A stretch of 64,000 nt of DNA, taken from assembly GCA_051362555.1 (NCBI GenBank), contig CM120645.1, positions 23,464,934 through 23,528,933 on the forward strand, read 5' to 3'. Under the pieces are notes generated by a model. That model was not told the DNA's origin, made no database searches, and saw only the letters and a list, made by a program, of their open reading frames with translations. Source of the DNA: Lingula anatina (taxonomy: Eukaryota; Animalia; Brachiopoda). The position numbers were made by a program, and so were the translations under genes. This document shows, piece after piece, positions 49,393 to 61,252 of this stretch; the stretch's first letter is position 1, and each line of letters starts with the position of its first letter.

Positions 49393-50388
49393 ATGGATAC
49401 CCATTTAAGAGAGCAATTACAGGCTCTAAGCCCAGAAGACAAAGCTGCGGTGTTGCAGTTACTCAGTCCCGAGTCCGAAAGCAGTAGATCTAATGCTTCC
49501 CATGAGCGCGACAGTGTTTCTCAACCACCTCGCGCTGCTCCACATGTGGGTGGGTATTCGCGTAAATTACGGCTATTTTCGGGAAGAAGTCCAACTCCAC
49601 ATGGAGAAGTTGATTTTGAAACGTGGATAATGCAATTAGAATCTATATTGGACGAAGGGTCAGATACTGAAAATTGTAGAATACTTAAGCAAAGTCTTTT
49701 AAGGCCGGCTCTGGACACTGTCAGAGAAGCTACCACTGCAACACAGGTTGTTGATATTTTAAAGAATGTATACGGGATAGTAATCGATGGTAAAGAACTC
49801 TTAGTGCAGTTTTTTATTAATTACCAAAAGGAAAAAGAAACACCATCACAATATTTACAGAGGTTGTACTTACAGGTGATGCAGGTTGTAGAAAGGGGTG
49901 GAATTGAAGTTAGAGAAGTCCCAGAGCATCTTTTACGACAATTTATTCGTGGGAGTTTTGATGAGGAGTTAATAAATAAACTTGATTTAGAAAAATTAAC
50001 AGATCCTCCTAGTTTTGCCGAGTTACTTTTATTAGTGAGAAGAGAAGAAGCCAGACGAACGGAGAAGAGGTTACGTTTGGAAAAGAAGAAAGAAGCCAGA
50101 GTCCACTCCATGACGGTTTCAAAGGAATCTGAGGCAGCTAATGTCAAGATGATGGAGGAGTTACAAGCCAGAGTGGCCAAGTTAGAGGCTAAAGGTCAAG
50201 TGTGTGCACCTTCCACAGCGTCGCGGCCTGAGGTAAAGACTAAGGTAGAGAGAAAGGAGCGACGTGGTAAAAAGAGTATTTTTTGTTTTAAATGTGGGGA
50301 GGATGGCCATGTAGCAAATGGATGTGAGAAAACAGCGAATGCAGAGTTAGTTCAGAAGAAACTCCTTCAGAAGACTTTAAACAGGTAA
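49393..50388 (+). CDS. gag: Gag (PNMA/Ma-antigen-like capsid) with a CCHC zinc knuckle
   Basis: RKLRLFSG..P.PHGEVDFETW and SLLRPALD...YQKEKETPSQYLQRL motifs, plus CFKCGEDGHVANGC. Confidence 0.92.
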   Translation: MDTHLREQLQALSPEDKAAVLQLLSPESESSRSNASHERDSVSQPPRAAPHVGGYSRKLRLFSGRSPTPHGEVDFETWIMQLESILDEGSDTENCRILKQSLLRPALDTVREATTATQVVDILKNVYGIVIDGKELLVQFFINYQKEKETPSQYLQRLYLQVMQVVERGGIEVREVPEHLLRQFIRGSFDEELINKLDLEKLTDPPSFAELLLLVRREEARRTEKRLRLEKKKEARVHSMTVSKESEAANVKMMEELQARVAKLEAKGQVCAPSTASRPEVKTKVERKERRGKKSIFCFKCGEDGHVANGCEKTANAELVQKKLLQKTLNR

Positions 50389-50390
50389 AG

Positions 50391-53300
50391 GTGTCCAGGG
50401 AGGGATCACTGGAGACCAGTAAGAAAGAGGATCCCAAGAATACAATTCAAACAGATGATTCATTTCAAAAGTTATTACAAAATTTAGTGGGAAGCTCAAA
50501 TGAGTCAGTTTCAATTGTAAATAATATTTGTACATATGCTTTGGTTGATTCTGGATCAATGGTTACTTGTGTAAGTGATTCTTTTATTCAGCAGCAGTTT
50601 CCTGATTTACCTAGGTATTCTGTTGATCAACTTATTTTAGTGAAGGGACCCCAAGATGAAGACCTGCCCTACTCGTGTTATGTAGAATTGGAGATAGCTA
50701 TTCCAGTGGATGGGACAGCACACGTGGTAGGTGTATTCCCTGTGCTGGTGGCCCCTGATACCGAATATAACCAACAAATTCCCATGTTGATAGGAACAAA
50801 TGTTCTCGATAGGTTGTACAAACAACTGGAAAATAAATATCAGGGTAGAATACCAAATGATAAAATTTGTAAATCAGTCAGTTTAGCGTTACAAACTGTG
50901 AAATTGAGAAAAAGACATTTGGAAAAATCCCAAGGGGTGTATGGATTATTGAGAAATAAAGAGAAAATCGAAGTTGGTCCAAACCAATCGAAATTTGTTT
51001 GTTGTGTGTCACAGATAGTTATCCCAATTCCACGAACAATTGCAATGGTTCAAGATTGTGGAGTGGCAGAGTGTGGTGTGCATCACGAAGACGGGTTGCG
51101 CGTGACTCCAGGGGTGATTGATTTAAGTAATGGGAATTTTGAAATTGAGATTACTAACCATCAGTCAAAATCGGTGGTATTGCAGCCTGGGACCACAGTA
51201 GCCCGGATTTCTCAGGTTACCATGATGAATCCGTCAAGTGAACTCGATGATGAAAGTTTTATAAACCAGTTTAATTTACCGGCATCCGGGGAAGGAATTT
51301 CCCTGATCAAAGATTTGCTTTTGGAGCAGAAATCGGTGTTTGCTCAACACAAGTTGGATATTGGGAAAACGTCGGTTGTTAAACATGGAATTGAATTAAC
51401 AGATAGCGTTCCGTTTAAAGACCGGTCGAGACGTATTCCTCCTGCACTGTATGAAGAAGTGAGAGAGTACTTGGATGAGATGAAGACTGCTGGTGTGATA
51501 CGAGAATCTGCTAGTCCATGGGCATCGAACGTAGTTCTGGTCAGGAAGAAAGACGGTTCTTTAAGGTTCTGTATCGATTATAGAAAATTAAACAACCGCA
51601 CGGTACGAAACGCTCACCCATTACCGCGGATTGAAGAGACGCTAGATGCTCTAAAAGGGGCGGTTTGGTTTTCATCGTTAGATTTGTGTAGTGGCTATTG
51701 GCAAGTCGAGTTGAAAGAAGAAGACAAAGCAAAGACGGCATTCACAGTAGGACCGCTTGGATTTTATGAGTGTAACAGGATGGCGATGGGATTGACCAAT
51801 AGTCCTGCAACGTTTCAGCATTTGATGGAAAGTGTGATTGGTGATTTGAATTTAAAAACCTGTATGATTTATCTTGATGATATTATCATTTTTTCAGGAG
51901 AATCCATTAGCGAACACGTTGCTCGAGTCAGAGAAGTATTGTGTCGATTAAAAAAAAGCAGGGTTGAAGCTTAAGCCTTCAAAGTGTCAATTTTTACAAC
52001 AGAGAATAAAGTATTTAGGGCACGTTGTTTCAAGTGCAGGCATTGAATGTGATTCAGAAAACATAAATTGTTTGAGACACTGGAAAACTCCTACTAACAT
52101 TAAAGAGACAAAAAGGTTTTTAGGTTTTGCTGGGTTTTACCGCAGATTTGTGAAAGACTTCGCGAAAATAGCAAGACCTCTCTACGAGCTGACCAAAGAA
52201 GAACAACGAAAGAAGGGAGCCGCCCATTGGGTATGGAAGAAGGAGCACCAGAAAGCATTCGAAACGCTTGTAGAAAAACTTACTAATCCTCCCATTTTAT
52301 GCTATCCTGATTATACACTCCCCTTTGAATTGCACATTGATGCGAGTTCTAGTGGGTTAGGGGCAGTGTTATGTCAAAAGCAAGATGGTAACACACGTGT
52401 GGTAGCTTACGCTAGTCGGGCATTAAATCGCAATGAGCAAAATTATTGCTCAAACAAATTGGAATTTCTTGCGCTGAAGTGGGCGGTAACTCAAAAATTT
52501 CACGATTATTTGTATGGGCACAAATTTGTGGTTATTACAGACAATAATCCACTAACATACATTCTTACTACAGCTAAGTTAGACGCTGCAGGTCATCGGT
52601 GGTTGGCAAGTTTAGCCGCGTATGATTTTGAGTTAAGCTATCTGTCAGGTAAGTCCAATATTGACGCGGATGCCCTGTCACGATTACCTACTAGAAAGTG
52701 TCATTGTTCTTCACAGATTGTGAAAGACATGTGTAGTAATGATCACAGTGTAGGTTTGGATGTTGGTTATTCTGAAAATCTTCCTTTTCATCCTAAGTGT
52801 TTCCCCCAAGTAGCAGAGTGGGAAGATTTGAAAGTTGATTGGCAGGAAGAGCAAAGTCAGGATCCAGTGATTCAAAAGGTGAGAGAAGTTAAATTAAATT
52901 CAGACAATTTCAGAAACCTACCACGAACCGACAATATGAAACCTTTTAAGAGATCATGGAAGAAGCTGAAAGTGGTGGATGGTGTATTGTATCATGTCGA
53001 TCATGCGGACAGAAAGAGGTTAGTGGTGCCTAGTGCATGGAGAGAGAAAGTTTTTACTTTAACTCATGATGAAATGGGACATCAAGGTAGGGATCGTACA
53101 CTGTCAATTGTAAAACAACGGTTCTTCTGGCCAGGAATGGATCACTTTGTTAGCGAGAAATTAAAAATGTGTAGACCATGTAAATTGGGAAAAAGTCCAC
53201 ACTTACCCGAGAGCGCAACAATGGGGCATTTAGTTGCATCTCAACCCATGGAAATTGTGTGTATGGATTTCCTTAGTTTGGAAGAGTCCAAAGGTAGGGT

Positions 53301-54546
53301 AAGTAACATACTTGTGCTCACAGATGTTTTCACAAAATATGCATGGGCTATACCTACAAAAAATCAGTCAGCCTTAACAACTGCTAGAGTCTTATTTGAC
53401 AATTTCATGATTCCCTATGGATTTCCTTTAAGATTGCACAGCGATCAGGGGCGCAACTTCGAATCAAAGGTAATCAAAGAGTTGTGTAAATTACTGGGAA
53501 TAGAAAAATCCAGAACGACCCCCTATCACCCCATGGGAAACGGAGTTACGGAACGTTTTAACAGAACTTTAATAGGTATGATGCGTACACTCCATGATGA
53601 CCAAAAACTTGACTGGAAAAGGTATGTTCCTTCATTAGTTCACTCTTACAACTGCACGGTGCACGAGTCCACAGGCTTTAGTCCGTTCTACTTAATGTTC
53701 GGGAGGGCCCCCCGGCTTGCAGTAGACGTAATTTTTGGTCTGTACACGAAGGATGAGCACAAGGACTATGAAAGGTATATAAGTATGTTGAAAGAGAGAT
53801 TGGAAACAGCATACAGCATTGCTAATGAGAGAGAAAAAGGGAAAAGGTCTAAAAACAAGCAAAGGTATGACAATCGGTGTAGAGGGGTAGTACCTGAGGT
53901 AGGGGATCGAGTTTTGTTAAAAAATGTAGGATTAAAAGGGAAACACAAATTGGCTAACAAATGGAGAAAAGAGGTATATGTGATTGTTGGTCAGAATGAC
54001 TCTAATATACCAGTGTATATGATCAGACATGAAAATGGAAAAGGGGACATAAAAAATGTTCATAGAAATTTGCTTTTACCTTTGATTTTCCCCATGGATT
54101 TGCGGGAAGAGAAGATCACTAAGGTAAGTACCTGTAGACCCAGACACGAGAATGAATTTTCAGAGATAACAGAGGACTCTGATGATTCTTCTGGGGTACA
54201 TTATGTTGTACGATATGGGTCTGAACAAATGATCCCTGATGAAGACGGTAGTAATGAAAGGGTTAGCGTAGAGGAGGAGGATCGAGAGGACGACAGTGAG
54301 CAAGAATCGCAAGTGGAAAGCGAAGGTGAAGATGTGCAGGAAAATGATACACCAGTCCAGCCTAGGCGGTCCACACGCACTAGACGACGTCCGCAGTGGA
54401 TGGAAGAGGGGAATTATGTGTTTTCACAGATTGTACCAGAAAGACGGTCCACATCTGCGTCTAGGTTACTTGACATTTACCGTACATTCATTCAATCTAG
54501 TGAAAATATGTTTAAACAGATGGTGGAATTATTGAAGGAAAGTTGA
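50391..54546 (+). CDS. pol: Pol polyprotein (protease, dUTPase-like linker, RT, RNase H, integrase), split by a +1 indel in an A8 run at 51950-51957
   Basis: ALVDSGS, LRFCIDYRKLN, YLDD, LHIDASSSGLGAVL, HDEMGHQG..CRPC, LHSDQGRNFES and GNGVTERFNRTL. Removing one A restores RLKKAGLKLKPSKC. Confidence 0.92.
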
Positions 54547-54619
54547 AATTTAAATTATAACTTGTATTTTATGATTTATGTTAATTGATGATAATAAAAA
54601 TGCTACAGCAATTGCACTG

Positions 54620-54860
54620 TTTTTAATTATTTTTCTCCCTAAACCCAAGTAATATTACTGCTTTTCCTTGTGAGAAAGGTTGCGTTTACTTGTGTGTTTG
54701 TACTGTGTGAACTCGGCGTACTCACATAAGATGGGAGTAATTTTAATCATTTTCCTCCATAAACCCAAGTAATAGTATTGCGTTTCCTTGTGAGAAAGGT
54801 TGCGTTTGCTTGTGTGTTTGTACTGTGTGAACTTGGAGTGCTCACATACGATGGGGGTAA
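54620..54860 (+). repeat. Two-copy ~120-bp tandem repeat in the Gypsy 3' UTR
   Basis: 'aaacccaagtaata...ttccttgtgagaaaggttgcgttt.cttgtgtgtttgtactgtgtgaact' occurs at ~54641 and ~54761. Confidence 0.85.
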
Positions 54861-54972
54861 TGTGTTTTAATTTACTATAATTGTAATATTATTTTTTTTT
54901 GTAATTTTCTCATCCACAGTTATTTTACAGTATAATCAATGGCGGGACGCCATTTAATTTTTGGGGGGCACA

Positions 54973-55276
54973 TGTAATAGGGTACATGTATTTCATGTAT
55001 TCACAGGTATAAATATATATATATATGTAATAGTATATTGTAGCGTACATTGATATAAGTGCCTTATTATAAATAGCTCTTGTATATAAATATGTGATAT
55101 GAATATGCATACTGGTGTTAGCGCCCTTTTTATGTCACGTGGGTCATGTGATCCTGGACTATAAAAGCGGTTGGCGCGTAATTCAAAGTGAGATACACCA
55201 GTGATCGGCTGTGTAGATAGTACGAATAAAGATTTTTCTAAAAGGACAATACATTTTTTGTCGTGCCTCGGTTACA
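54973..55276 (+). repeat. 3' LTR
   Basis: Same 304-bp sequence as 46720-47023. Confidence 0.95.
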
Positions 55277-56956
55277 TATAACGCAAGCAACGTCACTATT
55301 CTCTTGATGCCAAGAAGGTCACATGGTCACACTGTCTTTTGGCTTTCAGTATTTAAGAGACCTCGACTGATTTAACCAAGATGTAGTCGTGAAATTCTAG
55401 ACTACATCGAGGTTAAATCCGAGTTTTCCGAGAGACGCTAGGCAGAAATGTCGAGTTAAGCGAGACATTTTTGGGTAGCGGCTCGAGGTTGCCCTCGATC
55501 TTCACTGAAGCTTGGCTAAATGGACAGGCTTCAGTGTTCATCATATCGCCACGGTCATATAACATCCCTAGGTATGTATATCTTTATAAGATTGAGCCAT
55601 GCGTTTGCAGATCCAACAACCCTCAAATATGTTTATTGTTAAAAAGGAAATTTTATTTCTTTATTACTGACTGGTTTTATACAAAAGGTAAAGATTCAGT
55701 AGGACAGCTGTCTTGTTTTGGCTCTCAGAATAGTTCCCCACCTTTTAAGTCACAATGCAAGCTCCCGTCAAAAAATGTCTGTTCATTTTCATTACTCTAA
55801 ATACGGCGCACATTTTAAGTTTGACTGACAGGAAAGTATGAATGTCTACACTTACAATGTTAAACATGTTAACGTCTTTTGAAGTCAGAGAGACACCCGC
55901 ATGAATGCCTTTATCACCTGAACGGATGCTGGCATGTATTATGAATAATCTATCAACTGACATGACTTTAACGGTTTCAGTAGAGAAGCTTTTATCTATT
56001 CTGGGGTGTGTCTGTCTACATTTACAGACGTGGCAATTTTTTATAAACATGATACCTTAAGTGCAGTTCAATATAAACAAGACTTACATTTCTGAAATAG
56101 ATTTTAAAGACTGTAAGTGAACATCTGAAGCAATTAGGTTGTTTGCAATTTAATTAGACCTTGTTTTCAACTACACAATAGTATGTCCTTCTTTTATCGT
56201 TAGAATGATAATCGTTTTGAGGATTGGAAAAGACACTTAAGAATATAATTTACGTTTTGCATTTCATTGTGGTATTGTAGAGATTAATAGGGGTAAACCC
56301 GGTAGGTAGATATTAACCTTACCATTTGTCATTGGAACCAGTCTTAGTTTTAGTGTATATAAATATTTGAAAATTATCTTGATTTCAGAAAAAATTGAAA
56401 CATTTATGTGTGGCGTAGTTTGTTGAGAGCTGCAGTTGTCCCATGAACATTGGTAGAGTGGAATTGAAAGCTCTCTCTCTCTCTCTCTCTCTAAATAATT
56501 AAATTATATAATTATAGTTTATATTTTCACCTCCATTAGTCTGTTTCTGTCTGTCTGTCTGTCTGTTTGTCAATAGCCTTTCTCAAAAATTTTGGCTTGA
56601 TTTGAATAAAATTTTCAGGATAGGTCAGAAGTGGGCTAACTTAAAAGTGGTTAGATTTTGGTGATGATCCGTCGTTCAAATTATGATAAATCATTAGTTC
56701 ATCATTTGTCTTGATGGACGTCTGCGCTCCCTGAGTGTTTTTCCCTAATTTTGGTTAAAATGTTATATTGATATTAAAACCCCCAAACTATTTTCACAAC
56801 AAATATTTTATTATTTCCTTATTTTTGTTGCCAAATGATGACAATTAACTTCATGGGATCGAAATAACTCAAAAACCAGCAAAATATTAATACATTTGTA
56901 TACATGTTTATCTGTATAACTCTCAAAGAGAATTTTTCAGCGTGTGAAGATCTTAT

Positions 56957-58756
56957 CTATGGCAGGTTATAATCTGTAGTATTACAGGAGAAGGTGATCA
57001 CCATTCTGCCATCATTCAAAGCCTCGCCTCCACGCACGTAGCGAGGGGAGATTCCACGCCCTACGCCTTCACCGAACTCGGGTCTGGTGAGACTGATGAC
57101 GTGTGGACTGAAGACGGAGTACTTGCCTAGTGTGACGTCATATCCGGTCAGATTAGTGTCCTTACCCAAGGGGATTGGAATAACAAGAATTGGAATACGA
57201 TCTTCTGCGTGTAGCTTAATCTCTCTGTCGAAACCCACGCTCCCTGTGTTGGTATAGTAGTCTCTGTACCGAATGACGCTTTTTGCAGGAACTGACATTC
57301 CCCGGTTTCGGCCCTGTTTCACTATGAACGCATTCAAGTTCATAATCATCCACCCATTACTGTAAATCTGGGAACCCAAAAATCGAATTTCATTCTTACG
57401 CGCTTCCGAAAAAAGTCTGTAATTTGTATATTCTGGAAGAACCGAAGCTTTAAAAATAAGTTTGACTCCTGAGCTCTCCAAAAACACCGAAGTTTTATCA
57501 ACCCCTGACAAGGTATCGTTACCAACATCCACCTCAATACCGTACCATTCTTTCAAGAACTGTAAAAACTTCCTCCCTTCAGCGACGATGCTGGCGTTCG
57601 TGTTTCGACCAAAATATTCGTGAATTTTGTACCATTCTTCGGTGGGAAACCCTTTGTTCTGAACGCCAATGTTGCTGCCGTGGTTAATCATGGTATAGAC
57701 CACGCACATTTTTCCTCTCGCCACCACAATTGGCAGTGCGAAGAAACACAGGAGGGAAATGAGATGCAGTACCTTCAAAAAGGAACAGTTAAAGTCGCCC
57801 TTAATATGGTATTCACGAGATACACTAACGTATGTAGGTTATCTTTTTGTAAATTTACATTCAGATTTTCAGTTTCAAGTTCCCATACACTTTTTAATTG
57901 ATTTGGAGTTTTAAATAGGATTCAGACACAGATCCGATCAAAAATGTTTAATCATTTTGATTTATTTCGCAGAAAAATCCACGAATTAATCCAGCATGTT
58001 GATCAATAAATAAGTAAAAATGAGTGAATGAATAAGATAAACAAAAACTTTTGAAAATGGTTTTGGACGTTCGCTTCAATAGTTATGATACGAGTTTATA
58101 AGTGTCACTGATTCTCTATTTTCGGATAGGGGTGGGATAAATATTAAAGCGAACCATTGAACGTTATCTTGGCTGGTAAAGATCGTATCACGTCCGCACT
58201 GTACTGCAGAAAAAGATTTGATATATCGCTCAAGCAACCTGGCAACCGTCTTGTGTAAGTGTAGTTAAGTATGTAATTTTCGATATTGAACACCGTTGGC
58301 TCCAACGTCGTGGCCAAAAACCTGAATTACTCCTTTGAAAAAAACCTCAAGAAATAATTAAAAAGACGCACAAAAAAAACAAAAAACAAATGAAGGATAT
58401 TATATACGGGATTTACCAGCCAAGATGAATTTTAATCGAGAAAAAATACACAACATTGTTCTTTCCACAAACCATTGCTCGACCTTTCCCTGACTTCGAT
58501 GTTTGATTCCATTTTTAATCAAGTTACTGATACATTTAGTTTTTAAGTTCCGAACCATTCTTTGCATAGAAATGTAACTGGGAATCTTCAAATACATTTA
58601 TTATACCTTATATTTACACGTTTTCCTAGGTTAAGTGTCCGATGCGGACAGTGCAATACCAACAGCTGATTAGACTGAATGTTAACACAACAGTATGTAC
58701 AACACACCATGTGAAGGGGTATGATAACACAAAGTATTTATTGCTAAACTCACCAT
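56957..58756 (-). CDS. Uncharacterised secreted protein, array copy F (divergent subfamily)
   Basis: ATG exon 58754-58756. Exon 2 spans 56957-57772 (816 bp) and is open. Confidence 0.87.
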
Positions 58757-59575
58757 GTTCCCAGTTCTTGGCGACTACTGAGACGCTGAAATGTGTCCCT
58801 GGCTATATCTTCTTGGTACACCTCTTTGGTTGACTAGTGAACGGCAACTGAACAGCGGCGTAGTGAGGTATATTCAAATTATATACAGTTTGTGAAAAAA
58901 AGAGCGTTCGTGGTACCATTATAGTGTCGCAACTTGCACTTTTTCTCCCCACATCCCGTATAACCAAAAGTCTGCCTATCATGAAAAAGCTTACATCAAA
59001 CTATACATCAATTTATCGAGGTCCTTACCGTAAATGAATGGTCCAGGGTCACAATTCGGCAACTACACGGTATGTTATGCAACCAGTCAATATTTACAAG
59101 CGATAAACGTATCCTTTTTAGAGTTTGCCATTTTCAATCTTTGTCACCCTGTCACTTGTTTTCTATTTATTCAGCCATTTTAAGTACCAGTTTGTGCATT
59201 TGGGCGATTTGGTTTGTTCTTTCTTGCGAAGTGACTTTTAACCGATAATTTTTGTAGAACAACATCTGTTTTCTTTTGTAACAGAAACGCATAACCAAAC
59301 CTAAACAACCTCTGCAATACATATTTTTATAATAGATCCTTCCTGCAACCCGCCAACCCCCCTCCCTCAGATGGGGCATTTTTGGCAATCAGAAAAATAA
59401 TCAAACAACAAAAAGATAACAATTAACTGTGTATTTTACTTTTCTAAGACAGGCCACCATCTCTCCAGTATATGAAAAAATTAATAAGACACTGAAGGGG
59501 GAAACCAATTTTAACCTTATAATAAGCGACGTCCTAACCTGGGTTGAACCTATGTATGCACCTTATTCACACTAA

Positions 59576-59720
59576 GACCCCATTCCCACAGATTTAAAAA
59601 AGCTGTAAGGGGGTAATTTACTTCCGTGCGCGGTGGGCTGACAGCAATTTAGCGTGAACCCCCAGGGAGTTACAGTAGGTCGATTTAGTTGGATCGATCT
59701 AAATCTCTGGGAATGCGCTC
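59576..59720. mobile_element. Internally deleted copy of the Harbinger-like 'gatcgatcta' MITE
   Basis: gaccccattcccacagattta ... gatcgatctaaatctctgggaatgcgctc, with the shared core. Confidence 0.7.
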
Positions 59721-60234
59721 TAGTCAGTAGATACACTATAAGGGACCATTCCCTGCCCTATCATACTAACTGTGAATCTCCGAGGGGATTCTCGCTTAAT
59801 TGCAATCAACTTAAGCGGCTTAGATGCCTGTCATGCCCACTGCAGCTTCTAGAGGTAATTAATTATCGTTAATCAGCTTCAGTAGACGTGCCAGACATCT
59901 AAGCAATTTAGCGAGAAACCAATCGAAGATGGATCGATCCTGTTAGATTGATATTAACAAACGTGCTGTTTTATAACTGATATTTTTGTAGTTGTTCAGC
60001 AGTATCTCATCTCACTTAGAGTGATTGTGAATAAACCTTGAAGACGTCCTGAGTGAATTGCACATTGCTTTAGTGAAGATGTCGTTAGTGAATTGCACAT
60101 TGCTTTAGTGAAGACATTCTATGCAAAACGCATTATTTGTATTCATTAATAGATCTATCTTTTCAATGCATGTTGAGTTTTTGGTGACGGGGAAAAAAAG
60201 ATGCAAGGTCAGTTGTGAAATTTGCCTTATTTCA

Positions 60235-60350
60235 TCTGTTAGGCAGCAAAGAGAACTGAGCGCCTGGATAAACTGCCGAACATGTTCGAATATTCTGGGA
60301 GATGTACCTTGGTTTGATAGGGTTAGTCTACGTGGCATTGAAAGAAAATG
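60235..60350 (+). pseudogene. Third, more degraded orphan copy of GST exon 6
   Basis: 'ctgttag|gcagcaaagagaactgagcgcctggataaactgccgaaca...tctgggagatgtaccttggtttg', compared with 24041-24136. Confidence 0.65.
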
Positions 60351-60360
60351 ACAGAGAGAG

Positions 60361-60396
<36 letters not shown>

Positions 60397-61252
60397 TGAG
60401 AGAGAGAGAGAGAGAGAGAGGGGGAGAAAAAGGGGGAGAGAGAGAGAGCTGTACATGAACATGGATCTGTCAAATAAAACGTAATTAAACGCAGACGATA
60501 AAAATTTTCAATTTTCTCTGATCACCAGATAATATTTGTTAGCCACCGGGCATTTTCTCCTGGTTGCCCCGTAAAATTAGAAAGTGATGCTTAAAATTAG
60601 GCCTCTATTTTATTTTCGTCTCTCTATACTAGGTGCACATTTTGATTTGAACAAAATTATTTATATCTGCTCTCACCATGTTAGTCAAGTTAAAATCATC
60701 TGAAGCCGGTGAGATGCCCGCACAAAAGCTTTTATTGCATTAATGGATGCCGGCTTTATTTATAACTGATACGGTTTCAGTTGAAAAGGAGTATCTCTCA
60801 TCGATTGCAGTTCTGCAACGAGCCCCTTTTACAGACGTGGTAGTTTTCTATTATTTGATACTTAATATGCAGTTGATTTTAGACAGGAAAAACAATTCCG
60901 AAGGCCGAAAACCTATTTTTAAATATTATAAATTATAACCTAAAAGAGTTACATTCCTTTCGTAACTGTAATAGATTTAATGTCTTTTTGTATTGTCTTA
61001 ATTGTCTCACATTCAATTTCCATTAAATTTCTCTCACTGATAAACTTTATTATATTATTTTACTGAAGGCATTATTGATATAAGTGCACTCAAAGTTTTT
61101 ATTTTAACAGACCTTTATTCCTCCAATGTTTCCCTTGCCCAACCCTTACAATAAATTCCATTACATCAAAGTTAAACCTTAAAACCAAGCAAAAATTAAT
61201 AATATGTTTGTATAACCCCGTCGGGAAAAATTTCAGTGTATGAAAAGCTCAT

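Larger units (their letters stand above)
46720..55276 (+). mobile_element. Full-length Ty3/Gypsy LTR retrotransposon (8557 bp), recent insertion
   Basis: Two 304-bp TG...CA LTRs that look identical, a TATA target-site duplication (46716-46719 / 55277-55280), a PBS, a G-rich tract before the 3' LTR, and the gene order gag, PR-RT-RH-IN. Confidence 0.97.
45671..55577. mobile_element. Hairpin-ended non-autonomous element (Crypton-like; ~1.35 kb excluding the nested Gypsy)
   Basis: The empty site is at 38724-38768 (ataggcatgagcagtgtatatctttat..gcgtttgcagatccaacaa). A 6-bp direct repeat GTATGT lies at both ends, with no TIRs. There is a ~110-bp hairpin at 45674-45787 and degenerate ~95-bp internal tandem repeats at 46070-46480. 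Confidence 0.6.

Noticed and set aside
51950-51964. Programmed frameshift inside reverse transcriptase
   Set aside because: It falls in an A8 homopolymer within a conserved RT motif, so a 1-nt indel (assembly error or mutation) is far more likely.
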